The notes below the pieces were generated by a model. That model made no database searches. It was not told the DNA's origin and saw only the letters and a program-made list of their open reading frames with translations. Shown here in pieces: positions 35,687-56,644 of a stretch of 64,000 bases of DNA. The position numbers and the translations under genes were made by a program. Positions within the stretch are counted from its first letter, which is position 1. The number at the start of each line of letters is the position of its first letter. Source of the DNA: the human T2T-CHM13v2.0 reference genome, Homo sapiens; NCBI RefSeq assembly GCF_009914755.1, contig NC_060934.1; one strand, 5' to 3'.

Positions 35687-36266
35687 GGCTGGGCACAGTG
35701 GCTCACGCCCATAATCCCAGCACTACTGGAGGCCAAGGCAGGAAAATGGCTGGAGCCCAGGAGGCCGAGGCCGCAGTGAGCCATGAAGAATTGTGCCGCA
35801 GCACTCCAGCCTGGGCGACAGAGACTTTGTCTCAAAAAGGAAAAAAATTACCAAAATTTTTGCGAGACATGGGAAGACACCGATAAATTAAGTAAAGTAA
35901 CTAGGAACAACTGTGTATGCATTATGATTTCAATTATCAATATTTTTAAAAGCATTTGGTCAGGTGCCATGACTCACACCTGTAATCGAAACACTTTGGC
36001 TGGCCAAGACAGGAGGATCGTCTGAGGCCAGGAGTTCAAGATCAGCCTGGGCAGCATGCTGAGACCCTGTCTCTACAAAAAAAAAAATACAAAAAGTTAG
36101 CCAGGCATGATGACATGTGTCTGTAGTTCCAGCTACTCAGTAGGCTGAGGCAAGAGGATCACTGGAGCCCAGGAGGTCAAGTCCACCATGAGCTCTGATA
36201 GCACCACTGCACTCTAACCTGGGCAACAGAGCAAGATCCTGTTACCACCCGCCCCCCCAAAAAAAT
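35687..36266 (+). mobile_element. Alu monomer (FRAM-like, 35687-35846) and AluJ (35958-36266) within probable old L1M remnants
   Basis: Monomer with a right-arm end, followed by a diverged dimer. Confidence 0.8.
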
Positions 36267-38134
36267 AAGCATTTGTATTTATATATACACAAACAAACAG
36301 AAAGAATGCAAAGAAATGAAAGAAATGCTCTTTTGTAGATTATTCTGGGTGGTAAGAATATGGGTGTTTACTATCTTCTTTAAAATCATCTGTGCTGGCC
36401 ACATTTCCTACAATAAGTATGAATTTATTTTATTATAAACAATTAAAGCTTAACATTTTTCAAGAAAACATCCAGTATGCTTGCTCAAACCAGTGTCTCC
36501 ATGGCAGAATCCTGAGCTCTGGGAAGCTGAACCAGAAACTATACAGACAATTCAGTGGCAGGAGCAGACCGTTTGAATCATGGGAAAGCTTTGAGTTGTG
36601 ATAAAACTTGTCATGTTCTGGGTTAATTATTGATGAATCTGGAAATTGCCTCATTTATTAAAGACTTATGTGCTTTCAAAGGTGGAGGCGTGGTGAGCAA
36701 GCAGTTTCTAGACTGTAATGGGATTACTTGTGGTGTTCTCAAAGGACAAAATCCAATAAAACAAATTGTAGAGTGTATGTGTTTAAATAAAACACGCTCA
36801 CACATTGTCTTCTACTTCCTCTGCTGGCACTAATTTACCAATCAGTCTGATCCCCAGGGAGGCATGAACAGTAATGACGCTGATGCAGAAACAAGAGGAA
36901 AAAATATGCTAAAATTATTTCACTGGGAACAGCACTGAGCAGCCACAGCAGAGTAACTGAAAGTGACAGAGAATGGAAACTTAGCAACTCTGCTCTCCCC
37001 CTGATAAGGCTAGCAAGCCCAGACTGAAATCCTCCTATCCTTAGGATGCTTCTGTTAGGGCCAGAACTGCTGAAAAACCAGCATCCATGCAATGCAGAGG
37101 CTGCAAGCAAATGAGAAGCTGAAGTACCAGGAAAGAGGAAAAAAAGAATGAGTATTCTCTTTAAAATGAAGCAAAAAATAAATAAGTTATGGCTGAGTTG
37201 ATAAAAAATTTTAAAAGATGAAAAGTTTTATTGTAAGATTTGTGTAAATATTCCAGCAAATGTATCCTAATGTAAGTAGGGTTTTTTCCTTAAGATTTAC
37301 TAAGTCATACAAAAACTGACTGCATTTCTTTAATCTGTGAAGTTACATAAAAAAATCATTTAGTGCTTGAAAGAAACCAAAAAAATGGCCTGTGACCCAA
37401 AAATAAATTCCAAGCCTTTCCTGGAAATTCCAACAGTCAGTTATGGCCATCCCTTCCATCCCAGCCTCCTACACGCATGCACAGGGAAGCGCATGCGTGG
37501 CACGCACATGGGCTCACACACAGACACACACACTTACTGATCATTTCAGAGTATCAAAAAATACAAAATAACTCACTTGGAAAAAAAGACAAGTGCAGCC
37601 CAACTGTATTCTCAACTGCTTACTTCTCTATTCAGTTAGATAATAGGAAATATGACTGTTTCCAGTAAGAGCATTCAAAACCTGGCTAGACATAAACTAT
37701 CACTGTGTAACATTCTACACTGCCCTGAGTGAGAAGCACTGACGCTTGTACCCGTCACCAACGAGCAGCAGCTACATAGGGAGCCAACAGCCAACGCAGG
37801 CAACCCTGACAGTCCCAGGTAGAAGCCACTGGCCTGAGTCTCATCACCTGCGTCCCTCTCGATGCTCCACCACACTGCTGGCAGCCGCAAAACCAAGGCT
37901 CCAAAGCTCCCCAGCATCCCACTGTGGGCAGCGTCATCACCAAGCCCGGGACCAGGCCGGGGCCTCCTCCCCAGGAAGCCGGCTCGAAGCCAACACCGAG
38001 CCCTGGATAAAGAGGACAAGCTCCTGAGCTCCTCCAAAGGATGGCTTCAGCCCTCACGAGAAGAGACAAGACGCGGGGACATGTGGCAAAGAAGGACAGT
38101 GAAAGAGCCAGGTCCCCACAGCCTCAACCCGTCA

Positions 38135-38403
38135 GAGCCAGGTGTGGTAGTGAGCGCCTAGAGTCCCAGTGCCTTGGGAGGCCCAGCTGTGACAATCGCC
38201 TGAGGCCAGGGATTCAAAACCCCATCTCTACAAAAAAAAATTGTTTAAATTAGTCACTGTAGTCCTAGCACTTCGAGTGGCAGAAGTGGGAGGACCACTG
38301 GAGCCCAGGAGGTCGAGGCTACAGTGAGCTGTGATTGCACCACTGCACCCTAGCTAAGGAGACACAGTCAGACCCTGCCTCGTTTAAAAAAAAAAAAAAA
38401 AAT
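38135..38403 (+). mobile_element. Degenerate AluJ with deletions
   Basis: GAGCCCAGGAGGTCGAGGCTACAGTGAGC and an A tail. Confidence 0.78.
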
Positions 38404-38571
38404 CAGGACACTGCCTGAGACCCTTCCCAGGGAGCCAAAATTATGGCTGTCACCTCCTCTGACCCAAGGGCCTACAAACTGAATGTTTTGTTACACACGG
38501 ACTTCCCTCTCTGCTTCCTGCTTTTTCAACTCCACTCCAATCTCTCCTGAGCCTCCCTCGGCCACCTCCCA

Positions 38572-38725
38572 GGATGCATCACGTGCTCGCCTCGTGACAT
38601 GCGCCCAGGTGCTCGCTTGCTCAGATATGCGCCCTGTTCCTGCCTCAGGATGCGCGCCCACGTGCTTGCCCCGGACCTGTGCACCCCTAGCTCTCCCCGG
38701 ACGTGCGCCCACGTGCTCTTTGCGG
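38572..38725. repeat. Degenerate ~25-bp minisatellite (~6 units, consensus near ACATGCGCCCACGTGCTCGCCCCGG)
   Basis: Recurring TGCGCCC and CACGTGCT blocks spaced ~25 nt apart. Confidence 0.7.
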
Positions 38726-38811
38726 AGCTCTCTGGCTCCACCCAACGCTGGGTGGGAGAAGACCTGTGGAGACAGAATAGAGTCTACAGGCTCTTCCCTG
38801 TAGGAAGAAAA

Positions 38812-38925
38812 GTACAAGGTCTCGCTGTGTTGCCCCGGCAGGTCTCACACTCCTGGCCTCAAGCGACGCGCCTGCCTCAGCCTCCCAAAGCACTGGGACT
38901 TCAGGCACAGGTACCGCACCCAGCA
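38812..38925 (-). mobile_element. Alu left monomer / FLAM
   Basis: GGTCTCGCTGTGTTGCCC...CCTCCCAAAGCACTGGG. Confidence 0.75.
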
Positions 38926-40046
38926 CCAGCTCTCTGTTTTTCTTTACTACAGTAGCACCCATTCTCCCATTATCAACACGTCACAAACTCTACTTAGCAG
39001 AGTACAGCAAATGCTAAAATACACCTCAATATTCACTTATGTTTAATTATAAAAGATTAAAAACACCCAGAGTCACAAAGCCAGGAGTATTTCTTAATAA
39101 CAGCATTAGTCGTGACTGCCCTGCAGTTCTCAAGTACACTGTTTTCCCACAAGGATACATGTCCCCCTGTTCTGTCTACCTAGGAACAAGTCGCCACCCG
39201 CTGGAGCTGCACCTGCACCCAGGAGGTCTACAGTGACCTGTGCAGCAGCAAATTTGGCAGCAGAAAGCAGAGGACTCCAGGCACTGCTCATGCCTACAGG
39301 CTGCTGGGTGAACACCCTCGCCAAAGAAGGAGACTGCAGAAATCCTCCTTGATGGTATCAGCTCACTCGCTCTTAAATGTTCATCCACTTTTAATTATTT
39401 ACAACTAATAAAACATGTAATAACACGGTCAAAATTATCGGAGTAACTTCCTTTCAAAAAGCACATGTTTGTACAGTGATTCTTTATATACCTTGAATTC
39501 AACATAATCTACTTTTGCATCTCCCTGGGTTGTGGGTGGAGAATCCGCAAAGGCACCATCTGGACAATGCCTGGGGCTGCAGCAGGGACTGCAGGTGTGG
39601 GCTCCAGCAGTGGCACTTGGTGTGGCACTGAGAAGCCCAGGGTGGTGCAGTCAGCCTTGAGCCCACCTGGGGAGCCGGGGGGCCGTCGCAGAGGCCACAA
39701 AGAGCTTTCTGAACAAAAAGCACAGCTCTGGCAGCAGTGCAGATGAAAAAATGGGAGAGCCAAGAGGAGAGGGAAAAGGAGGGGCAGAGTATCCCAGGCC
39801 AGGGACAACTCACGAACACAAGGGAGCTGGAGGGCAGTAGGACTCCAGGGCAGCAGTGAGAGTCAGTTCTGCCATGATCAGGGAGAGGGAAGGAAGGGGT
39901 CGTGGCGGTAAAGAGAAGAGGGCAGGCTGGGGTCAGTTTTCAGGCTGATAAATTTGAATTCTACTTGGAAAACCACACAGAACCCATGGAGTTCTCTGTA
40001 CTAGTCAGGGATATAAAAGCCATCCTTAGAAAGTTTACTCTGGGAA

Positions 40047-40338
<292 letters not shown>

Positions 40339-41870
40339 TTACTCTGGGGAAACATGAAGGGTGGATCACTTCACATAAGAATGCAATATTCATGAACCAG
40401 GAGATAATCCATAACAAATGGTGCCTGAAAAACTGTTTATCCCCTGATACCTTCAATTAGAGGTAAAGTATCTCATTTTAAGAAAAATGGAATGTATTTA
40501 AGTAATACCACATTTACAGTCGACTTGCACCTTACTCAAAGGATAAGCTCTAAACAGCAAAGGTAAGCAAACTCAACATATGGTTGAATTATACTTGAAA
40601 ACTCCATTCAATCTCCCGTAAGTACAAAGAGACACTCCCACAGTCAGCGGGGGGTGGGGGTTGGGGGGACTCATGAACAGATATCACAAGGGGACAAGGG
40701 TTTCCACTTGCAGTGTCACCCTCAGTCCTGGCCATATACTCAGTACAGGGATGGCCACATAACCACCTATACCCTTTCCACTGTATTTTTCTGCCTCTGC
40801 TGAGGATGTAGACTTTTTAATCTACTACAGACATCCCTGCAATGCCATACCTCTAAAACTTCTCCCCCAAAGAATTTCACTTCAGAAAAATAACTGACTC
40901 TTCTTCAAATATGACATCTCTTTGATAAATAGTATATTATGTATTACCAGGCACACAAAAGTTAATTTCTATCATTTTCCAAAATCTTATCTAAGAAAGG
41001 CAGATTCACAGAAGTTCTATCAGTAAACAGATCACTACAAGAACTGCCTTCTGAACACTGTTCATTAGTAGAATGATGAAATTACTGCATTCCCACCTCT
41101 GTGTATGAACTTGGGGGTACTACTGCTTATGGACTTCACAGTATATTCCCATAAAGAAATGAGTGGAACCACCACTTTGAACCTCTTAGAAGATGCCACA
41201 TAAACCTAAGATGTTATTATCATTATCTCTTTCTACCACATAGCCTGGGAAAGTTGTTAGATCTTTGGGCTCATGAAATATGAACACAAACTACTTCTTA
41301 AGTTTGTCAGCTTCAAAAGTTCAGGACATACATTTTATTGCCCTTGCCCAGATCAAGAAAAAGATGACTTTGAAACATGACACATAACAATAAAAAAAAA
41401 TGTTTGATGTTATATGTGATACACACGCATATGCGCACATACACACGTATCTATGGCAGAATAAAGATGACCACAAGGCCTTGGACACTCCTCACACTGA
41501 CAAGTGGAGTCTGCATGCCCTGCCCTGAACCTAGGCAGGCTTACTGACTAATTTGGCAAATAGAATACAGGGACAATAAAGCTGTGCTGTCTTCCAGGTC
41601 TAAAACTTGAGAGAGTGACAGCTGCTTCTTCCTGACTCTTGGGATACTGTCCAGGAGCCCTGAGCCACAGTACAAGAAGTCCAACCATCCGGAAGCCTCT
41701 ATGCTGGAGACACCACATGCAGGTGCTCCAGTCAACAAGTCCCACCTGAGGGTTGCTTGCACTGAAGGACACTGGCTGTGGGATTGATTGTGGCTTTGGC
41801 AAGATTAAAATCACGGCAGGTCCGGAGGGAGATGCCCAATTCCAGTTCACTGGTAGTAAAACGTATTTCA

Positions 41871-42160
41871 GAGCAGGCATGGTAGTTCATACCTATAATC
41901 TCAGCACTTTGAGAGGCCAAAGGAAGAGCCTCACTTAAGCCCAGGAATTTGTGACCAGCCTGGGCAACATAGTATGACCCTATCTCTACATAAATTCAAA
42001 AATTAGCCAGGCATGGTGGCACGCATCTGTAGTCCCTGCTACTCGGGAGGCTGAGAGGTGGGAGAATCACTTGAGCCCAGCATTTTGAGGCTGTAGTGAG
42101 CTGACTGCACCACTGTACTCCAGCCTGGGCAACAGAGCAAGACCCTGTCTCAAAAAAAAA
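41871..42160 (+). mobile_element. AluJ inside the ATP5MK retrocopy CDS
   Basis: Diverged dimeric Alu with AluJ diagnostics (GCCCAGGA, GAGGCTGTAGTGAGC). Confidence 0.85.
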
Positions 42161-42534
<374 letters not shown>

Positions 42535-43069
42535 TCATGATCTTACACTTCAAGTTAAGATCTTTAAAAACTCCAGCTGTGAAAGCAGTATAAATGGGTT
42601 CCAAACTGTGCCTCATCTGTTAAATTCCCATGCTAATCTAAGTTCCATGGAAAAGCTAATGTCAACTCATCATGTGATAATTCAATTTGTACAATAAACT
42701 ATGAACCTGAAAAAACAAAAACAAAAAAAAGTCCCAGCTGAGCCCAACATTCTAGTTAGTTACCCCCACCAAACACCAGATATATGAATGGAGCCATCTA
42801 GGATTTTCCAGGCCAGGTCATCATCTGCCAGGTAAATACATGCAAGTAACCCCAAGTGGCACGGAAGAATAACCCAGCTGAGCCCTGCCCAAATTCCTGG
42901 CCCACAAAATCATGAGATATAATTAAATCATTGTTTATTTAAGCCATTAAGTTTTGGGTTGGTTATGCAGCAACACCTAAATATAAACTAGGGTTCAAAA
43001 AACATTTTTACTATCAACTTGGGGTTAAGTGTTATTTGAAACTGCTGAATATTATTTTTAAAATTCTTA

Positions 43070-43993
<924 letters not shown>

Positions 43994-44508
43994 AAAGTAA
44001 AGTCTAAACATGTAGAAAAGGAATCCCTTACCTACTTTGTGAAAGTGTGCCAACAGTCTTCTCTAATACTACTGCTCCATCCAATAAAAATGGATGTGTA
44101 TCCATAAACAAGCTCGAAAAGCAACTCTTGCAAGAGAAGTATTCTGTCCACTACTCAGAAGCCCTCATCTCTGCTTTACCCAAAACCAAATACCATAGTT
44201 GACCGGTTTCTATATATACAAACACCCAGAGGACATAACCTGGCTCAAAGGATAACTCATATATTTTATCCAAATTGGCCTTTCCTTCCCCCATCTCATT
44301 ACAACTCCCCCGTGCTGTCTCTCACTGCCCTTCCTTAACCAATTTCTGTTTAGTAGAAGTGGCTATTAGACTAGACATCATTTAGAGTCAACAGCTAAAA
44401 CCTAAGGATGACCTTGCACATGTGTTGTCTCTGTTTCTACAAATAAAACTCAACAAAATTAACAGGCAGGAGAATTGAATGACTTCAAAAGTCAAAAATG
44501 AAAATATA

Positions 44509-45386
<878 letters not shown>

Positions 45387-45394
45387 TCACATAA

Positions 45395-46012
<618 letters not shown>

Positions 46013-46247
46013 AGCCATGCACCTTTTTTACCCTCACTAGCCTGAAGCTGATCCCAAAGGTGCACTTCTTCCCTGAACCCATAAGCCATTCAAGCAAACC
46101 CAAGTCAGGAAAAAACCCTGTTCTTCTCCCGCGGGATCACTTACTCTTTCTTATGGAATTGCAGCATCTTAAAATGCACATCAGTTTGTCATGGTATAGC
46201 AACTCACTGTGCAGGCTCTGAAGTTAGAGTCTGCCAAAGGCAGCCAA

Positions 46248-47254
<1,007 letters not shown>

Positions 47255-49421
47255 TTAGGAATGAAAAAAAAGTGACAGGTTTCACTGTTGTTAAAACGGT
47301 ACCTTCCCAACAACCTCCTAAACTAATAGGCAGATAAATAATGCCCCTGATAAAAGCACCTCTTATGCAAGAGCTTTCGATCATGAGTCCTGACCTAAAA
47401 AGCTTTCTAACACCAAAAGCAGAGACTGAGCTGAAAATACCACTCCCCGGAATCTATAAAGAAAGCAGCTTCACTTCTCATCGGTAAAGAAACAATGCAG
47501 GGCCAAAACTCTTCTGCCTCGGACTAAAATCCCCCCTATCAAAACACTCTAAGATCTGTCAAAAATTCTCCGAATTATTTCTCTGCAATTTTGTTATAAA
47601 ACACTTGAGTATTCTGGAAAGTTTTTGAAAGCACCATTCATCACTTCCATTAGCAAAGCACAAAAACAAAGGGGAAGCGTGAAGGCAAGAGACAGACGCA
47701 CAAAAATACATTCCTATCTCCCGTGCTGCTAGGTCTTTTTCACATCCTGTAGGAAACTAAAACTTGGAATTTCAAACACACTCACATGAAAAAATGTTTA
47801 CAAATAAATACAGGAAGGGATCAGAGTCAAAATAGGAGTGCTGTGCCATTAGATAAGCTTTACTACTTCAATCACTGCTTAGCGACTTCCCTAAATGCAT
47901 ATGGGGAGAGGGAAGAAGCATTACTTTAATTAATGAGATGTTTAAGGTCTTCAAAGAGGAAAACAACCCCTTCAATACTGTGGTATGAAAAAGACGGATG
48001 AGAGGAGGTAGTCCTCTTGAATACAAAGCCAGGGTGTTGATAACTGCAAGTCTGACTTCATCGCACTGCCTGCCAAGCCCAGAATGTGAATGAGCCTTCA
48101 AGACGCCACTCCCTATTTAGTATGATAAATAGGTCAACTCCTGGGTGAAGTCTTCAGGTGATTTGCACTGGGTGCCTTTAGCCAAACTAAAGTATTAAAA
48201 GTTGCATCAATCTGTCAACCCTTACAACTACCTACCTAAGCAAAAGATGTTCTGTGTTCCTTTGTTGCTGATTTAGCTGCCCGAAATCACCATCTTAAGA
48301 TGCCCAAAATCACATCTTAAGAAGTGTTATGGGCACATGAATTATAGAGGCCTATATAGTAAGGATTAGAAAAGTCACAAAAATGTCAACTTTCCCATTT
48401 ATTTTATAACACAGATTATCTATTTGAGCTCCAGGGTATTCTCAGAACTATTACTAGTTAATAAACACTAAAGGCCTTTAAAACATCTCTGCATTTTATT
48501 AATACAGACAGTATTTACATTTTATACTTTTATCCTTTCCAAGTTTTAAAAGTATTTTTAATGAAAAATGTGTAAGTGATGCCTTTTAATGTACTTTAAA
48601 TACAGCAAATAAAATTTATGTAATTTCCTTTGAAGTAGCAGTGTTGCGGCTGCAATTATTTAGGAAGTAACAAGTAGAAAGTCCTACACGGCTAAGACAG
48701 CTAGACAAACACAATTCTCCTTGACCTGTAAAAGAATCAGCTTAAACTGTTGGGTGATCTTTATATCTTCATTCTTAGCTAAATGATGCATACATACTAA
48801 CACTGGAATTTCTAAAGCACTTTTAGAAAAAAAAAAAAGTAGCCCTTTAACAGACAACCTGGAAAAACAACACTTGATGTCATAAACAAGAATCAAGCTG
48901 ATTTTGTGAAATAGCCATTAAAATTTTGCCTAATCTATGTTTGAAACTTGAAGAGAAAGAAAAAGATCTAATACTGACAGAATCTATTACATGAAAGGGG
49001 CATTGTCTACAGTGAATAACTTAATCTCCATGACACCCTACAAAGATGACAATCCCAAATTACAGACAGGAAAACAGACTTACAGAGCTTGTATTATGTG
49101 TCAAAGCTTTGGTCTGGGGGGCCCAAACCAAAACCTGGAAAAGCTCTTCCATTATGGACATGTTTGGAGCATCCAAATCAATGTCACTGGGATTTTATTT
49201 CTTAAATTGCAGAAGGAGGTTTCCTTGGTGACTTTTTTTTTAAGAGAGACAGTTTTGCCACATGATTTCCCACATGTGGTGAAGTTCTAATGAGGATGAG
49301 ATAAAACAATTTAGAAAAGCCTATTCTAGTGAGACTTAATCACTGGCAAACACTCCTGGTAAAAACAAAGGGACAGTACGGCTAACATGTAGTCCACCTG
49401 GCCTCCTACAATACCTTTTCA

Positions 49422-50888
<1,467 letters not shown>

Positions 50889-51617
50889 TGATTTGTCTAG
50901 AAGATTTTTTTTCCAGATCTCTAACAAAGTGGTAAAGGTACCAAATCCTATGTTCAACATTAATGAATTTAGTGATTAGTCACATCCTGTGTTGTAGTAC
51001 ATCAGGAACCAATATCCTGCACATTTTACCTCCTTCTTCTGCAGGTGCTGCTGTCTGTAATAAAAGAAATCCAAGTTTAGAGTATAACCCTGCTGGGCAG
51101 GAATCTGGCTAACCATTATTCACATATGGTTTTGCACACTGGGTTTCAGCATTATAAATGACACATGTTAAATGCCTTTGTGGTATAAGAAAATACGTTT
51201 CCTGGAAGAGTTTTCTTTTTTCCTTTGTCCCTCAGACTTCTAAAGAGTTTATTTTTTAATTTTGGACTTAACATTGGACTTAGAGAAGAAAATTAAAACA
51301 CAGACATAAAAACTTTTTTCCAATTTGTATTGTCTATGTAAAAGAAATTGAACAAAAAAATCTAGTCTCATATATACCACCAACACAAAAACAACACTCC
51401 TTTCTTTGTGTTTTTAATATTAATACACATCTTTTGATTGGTTAGCAATTTTAGGTTTTTGAGACATAATATCAAGTTGATTTCTTAAGTGTTGAAGAAG
51501 GAAACACTGATTTTTAGTGTAGTCTATCTCAAAGAGGCTTTTTGAAATATATAAACCCTATAACATAGATTAGTTTTCTAATCTAAAGGGATGCGGTACA
51601 ATCAACAAAAAGGGAAA

Positions 51618-53173
<1,556 letters not shown>

Positions 53174-53904
53174 AACCCTAAGCAAAATTTACCCTAACTC
53201 TGAATAGCATCCATTTGACCTGGAGAGCAAGCCCCGTCATTTCAAAGTTGGGGGGGTCGGGGTGAGGCAAAATATTCTCACAGCATGGAGGGAAGCAGTA
53301 AGAGGTCCTGGACCCTGTATAACCATCTGAAAAGCCACTGCACATCACTTATGGTCCCATGAGCACCAAAACAAACCATGCAGAGCAGGAGTCCCTGCAC
53401 AGCTCAGGGAACTGGCAGTGGGAGTCCAGCCCAGCACCTCTGAATATGAGAACATGGGGAAACAGAGGCTCACAGAGCTTGTAAGATTTGCCAAAGCTCA
53501 AAATTTCTGGGAGCCAAAGCCAAATGCTGGAAAGGCTGGTCCATTACGTGCATCCTTGGGGCATTCTCAACCTCCACTGCACAAAGGTAGCTGGCGAGCT
53601 GGGTAGAAGGAGTCTCTGGCTAAAGAACAATTGGTGAAGCCCTTAGAGGGGGTAGGGGGTAGCACACAGAGACCAGGGGACCTGGAGGCTCAGCAGCCAG
53701 GAGCTTACCAGACACTAAACAGGACACATTGGACAGGCCTGAGAAAGCAGGGATTCCACACTATATGGAAAACTCCTAAAGACAGCCAGTTTTCATTTGA
53801 AGTGTTTTGAGCATCTCTGATACACATATATATGTCATTTTATGAAATGCTCAGAACTACAAAATACCTAAAAATGGAGCGTTGTTCATAGTGGCTTATG
53901 CAGT

Positions 53905-54215
53905 CTATTTTTCTAACATCTTTATTGACATATAATCACATAACCATAAACTCCATCCATTGAAAGTATACACTTGAATAGAACTGTGCAACCATCACCA
54001 TGATCTTAGAATATTTTCATCATCCCAAAAGGAAACCTCATACCCATTCACAGTCTCCATGACTCCAAACTCCCAGTCCTAGCGGAACACCACTCTACTG
54101 TCTCTATAGAGCTACCCACTCTGGTCATGTTATAGGAACAGAATTATACAATATGTGGGCTTGCTGCTATGAACACTGATGTACAGGTTTTGTGTACACA
54201 TTTTCATTTCTCTTG
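53905..54215 (-). mobile_element. L1M (L1MB-like) 3' fragment
   Basis: TTTATTGACATATAATCACATAACCATAAA...GTGCAACCATCACCA...AGAATATTTTCATCATCCCAAAAGGAAACC motif. Confidence 0.7.
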
Positions 54216-54574
54216 TGTGCTTGTGTGTGTGTGTATATATATAAAGAGTATATATAAAATATATACAGAATAGAGTACAGAGACTATATACAAAATATAC
54301 TCTGTTTAGGTGAAAAAAATAAATAATTGATATTTAAAGTCACTTGGATGTGGAGCTTGAAATTTTACTTGCAAGGACCAATATGAGTTGATGGAGAAAA
54401 AAGGAATACACAAAAGTAATATTTAAATGGCAAAAACCACGTAAAGATAGCAGGCCAGATGCAAGAAGGCACAGACCTATACACGAAAGTTATTTTAACT
54501 TTATTTACTAAAATGTTTACTTATTTACTAAATAAGTTAAAACAAAGTTATTTTTACTTATTTGCTAAAATTTA

Positions 54575-54880
<306 letters not shown>

Positions 54881-56644
54881 CTTGTAAATAATGACTAAAA
54901 GACAAAAAAAAATCAGTCATCTTTCTACTTTATTCACTGAACTCGGCATTTATTTTGATAAAGATTTGCTTTTGTACAGAAAAGGTACCCAAAACAGGTA
55001 AAACTGTATACATTTACTGATGTCCAGCTCTACTGCCATTGACCTTGGTCCCAGCCAGGAATGTTGAGCGAGTGGCCAAGCAGGATGAAAGCATGCTGTG
55101 TGGGCTTAGCATGCCATCTCCCCCGATGGAAAATTACCTATAGAAAGCACCTTCTGGCCCAATCTTACATGTTTATTTCCATCCTTGATAAAAAATACCG
55201 AGGGCTCTAATCATCTATGGGGAGCTCAACATCACCAACTTGCACCCAACTCTGTGGGGAGGTAGAACCTCCCAGGACAGACGGAGGATCCGTCTGTGGG
55301 TTTGCATCCAAGTGGGACTTTAAATATTCCCTCCACAACCAATTTATCCATGTCTACCACAAGCCAAGAAGCGCTTCACATCCGCCAGATTCTCTCTGAG
55401 AATCTCAGATCCTAAACATTCCTACTTAGTCCTGGCACTCAGCCAAGCATCTCAACTGACGGAATCAGAGGCGCCAGACCAAGCATAGGTGTGTTCCAGG
55501 GCCAGATTCTCACACAGCCCTGGCCACCTGCCTTGAACCTCGCCCAAGGCGAATCCCAGGAGGGTCCTCTGCTTGAGCTGAAAAACAAACTGAACTCCCT
55601 CAAGACAGCTGATACGAAAGAGTAACTTCCAAGTACTCCAAACCTCATTAAATCTTAGTTTCCATTACAAGCTGTTTGTGCCAGTAGGTCAAACACACCA
55701 AACCTTAAAGTCCTTTAAATTCACGAGTGCTGATGATAGTCCTCTCAGCAGAAGTGTATTTTTTGTGTGAGAGCAGTGTAACATGTTGATTCTCAGCTTT
55801 CTATTTACTCAACATTCTGACTGCAATGTGACAGACACGGGCTATTCACCAAGACTGAAGCTCAGCCACCGCTTCAAGCATTTCACCCGGAGGGAGGAAG
55901 GGCGCACGGATACACTTGAAAACCACACAGCACAGCCCAAGCATCTGAGTCGGTACAGGAGCTACACCCAGGACGTCCCCAGGAGAGGCAGCAGGCAGGG
56001 AGAAAGATCCTCTAGCAGCTTGGGATGGAGAGCCAGCCTCCTGGAGATGGCTGTCTGGGCTAAGACTCACGAATGAGTGCAAGGAAGGAGCAAATGTCCC
56101 AGGCAGAAGAAACAGAAAATGCCAGAACAGAGGCAGCAAAGTGTATGTGAGTCCCAGGGGGTGGAGCAGCTGCAGAGGGAGTGGCTGGAAGGCAAGAGGG
56201 GTCCCTACAGGGACAGGCTGTGCTCAGAAGGCAGGACTTGGAGAACGCGGGACAAAGGCGCTTCAGCACCAGAGGACAATGTGACTTGAATTCTGGAAAG
56301 ATCAGCCTTTCAAAAATGTTTAGTTTCTTTTTCCTTTTTAGAGGGAAGGCAGAAAATGTTAAAAAAATAAATAAATAAATAAAGCTGCTTTCATTTCACT
56401 ATTTTTATGCTTGCCTCTATTTTCTTTCAATCTCTGCAACAGTACAACTATTTTCTTAAAAGTTTCAATACGCTTGTAAATGAATAACATGCAGTCATAC
56501 ATTTATTCACAGAAAAATTCCATACCAACCACAAGATTTTTCATAAAAACCATGACTGTCATTGTTACTAATCAACAGTCTCCCGCCACCAAAAAAGCAC
56601 ATTTTCAAAAGTTTCTGTCCATGAGCTCAACTTTTTAAAAAATA

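Noticed and set aside
41753-41938. 61-aa ORF including the ATP5MK-like segment as a functional retrogene
   Set aside because: The parental ATG is mutated to ACG, the frame runs into an Alu, and the transmembrane-coding half is separated and frameshifted.
54486-54572. Imperfect AT-rich repeat (AAAGTTATTTT...TTATTTACTAAA)
   Set aside because: Low-complexity slippage product next to an Alu; nothing suggests function.
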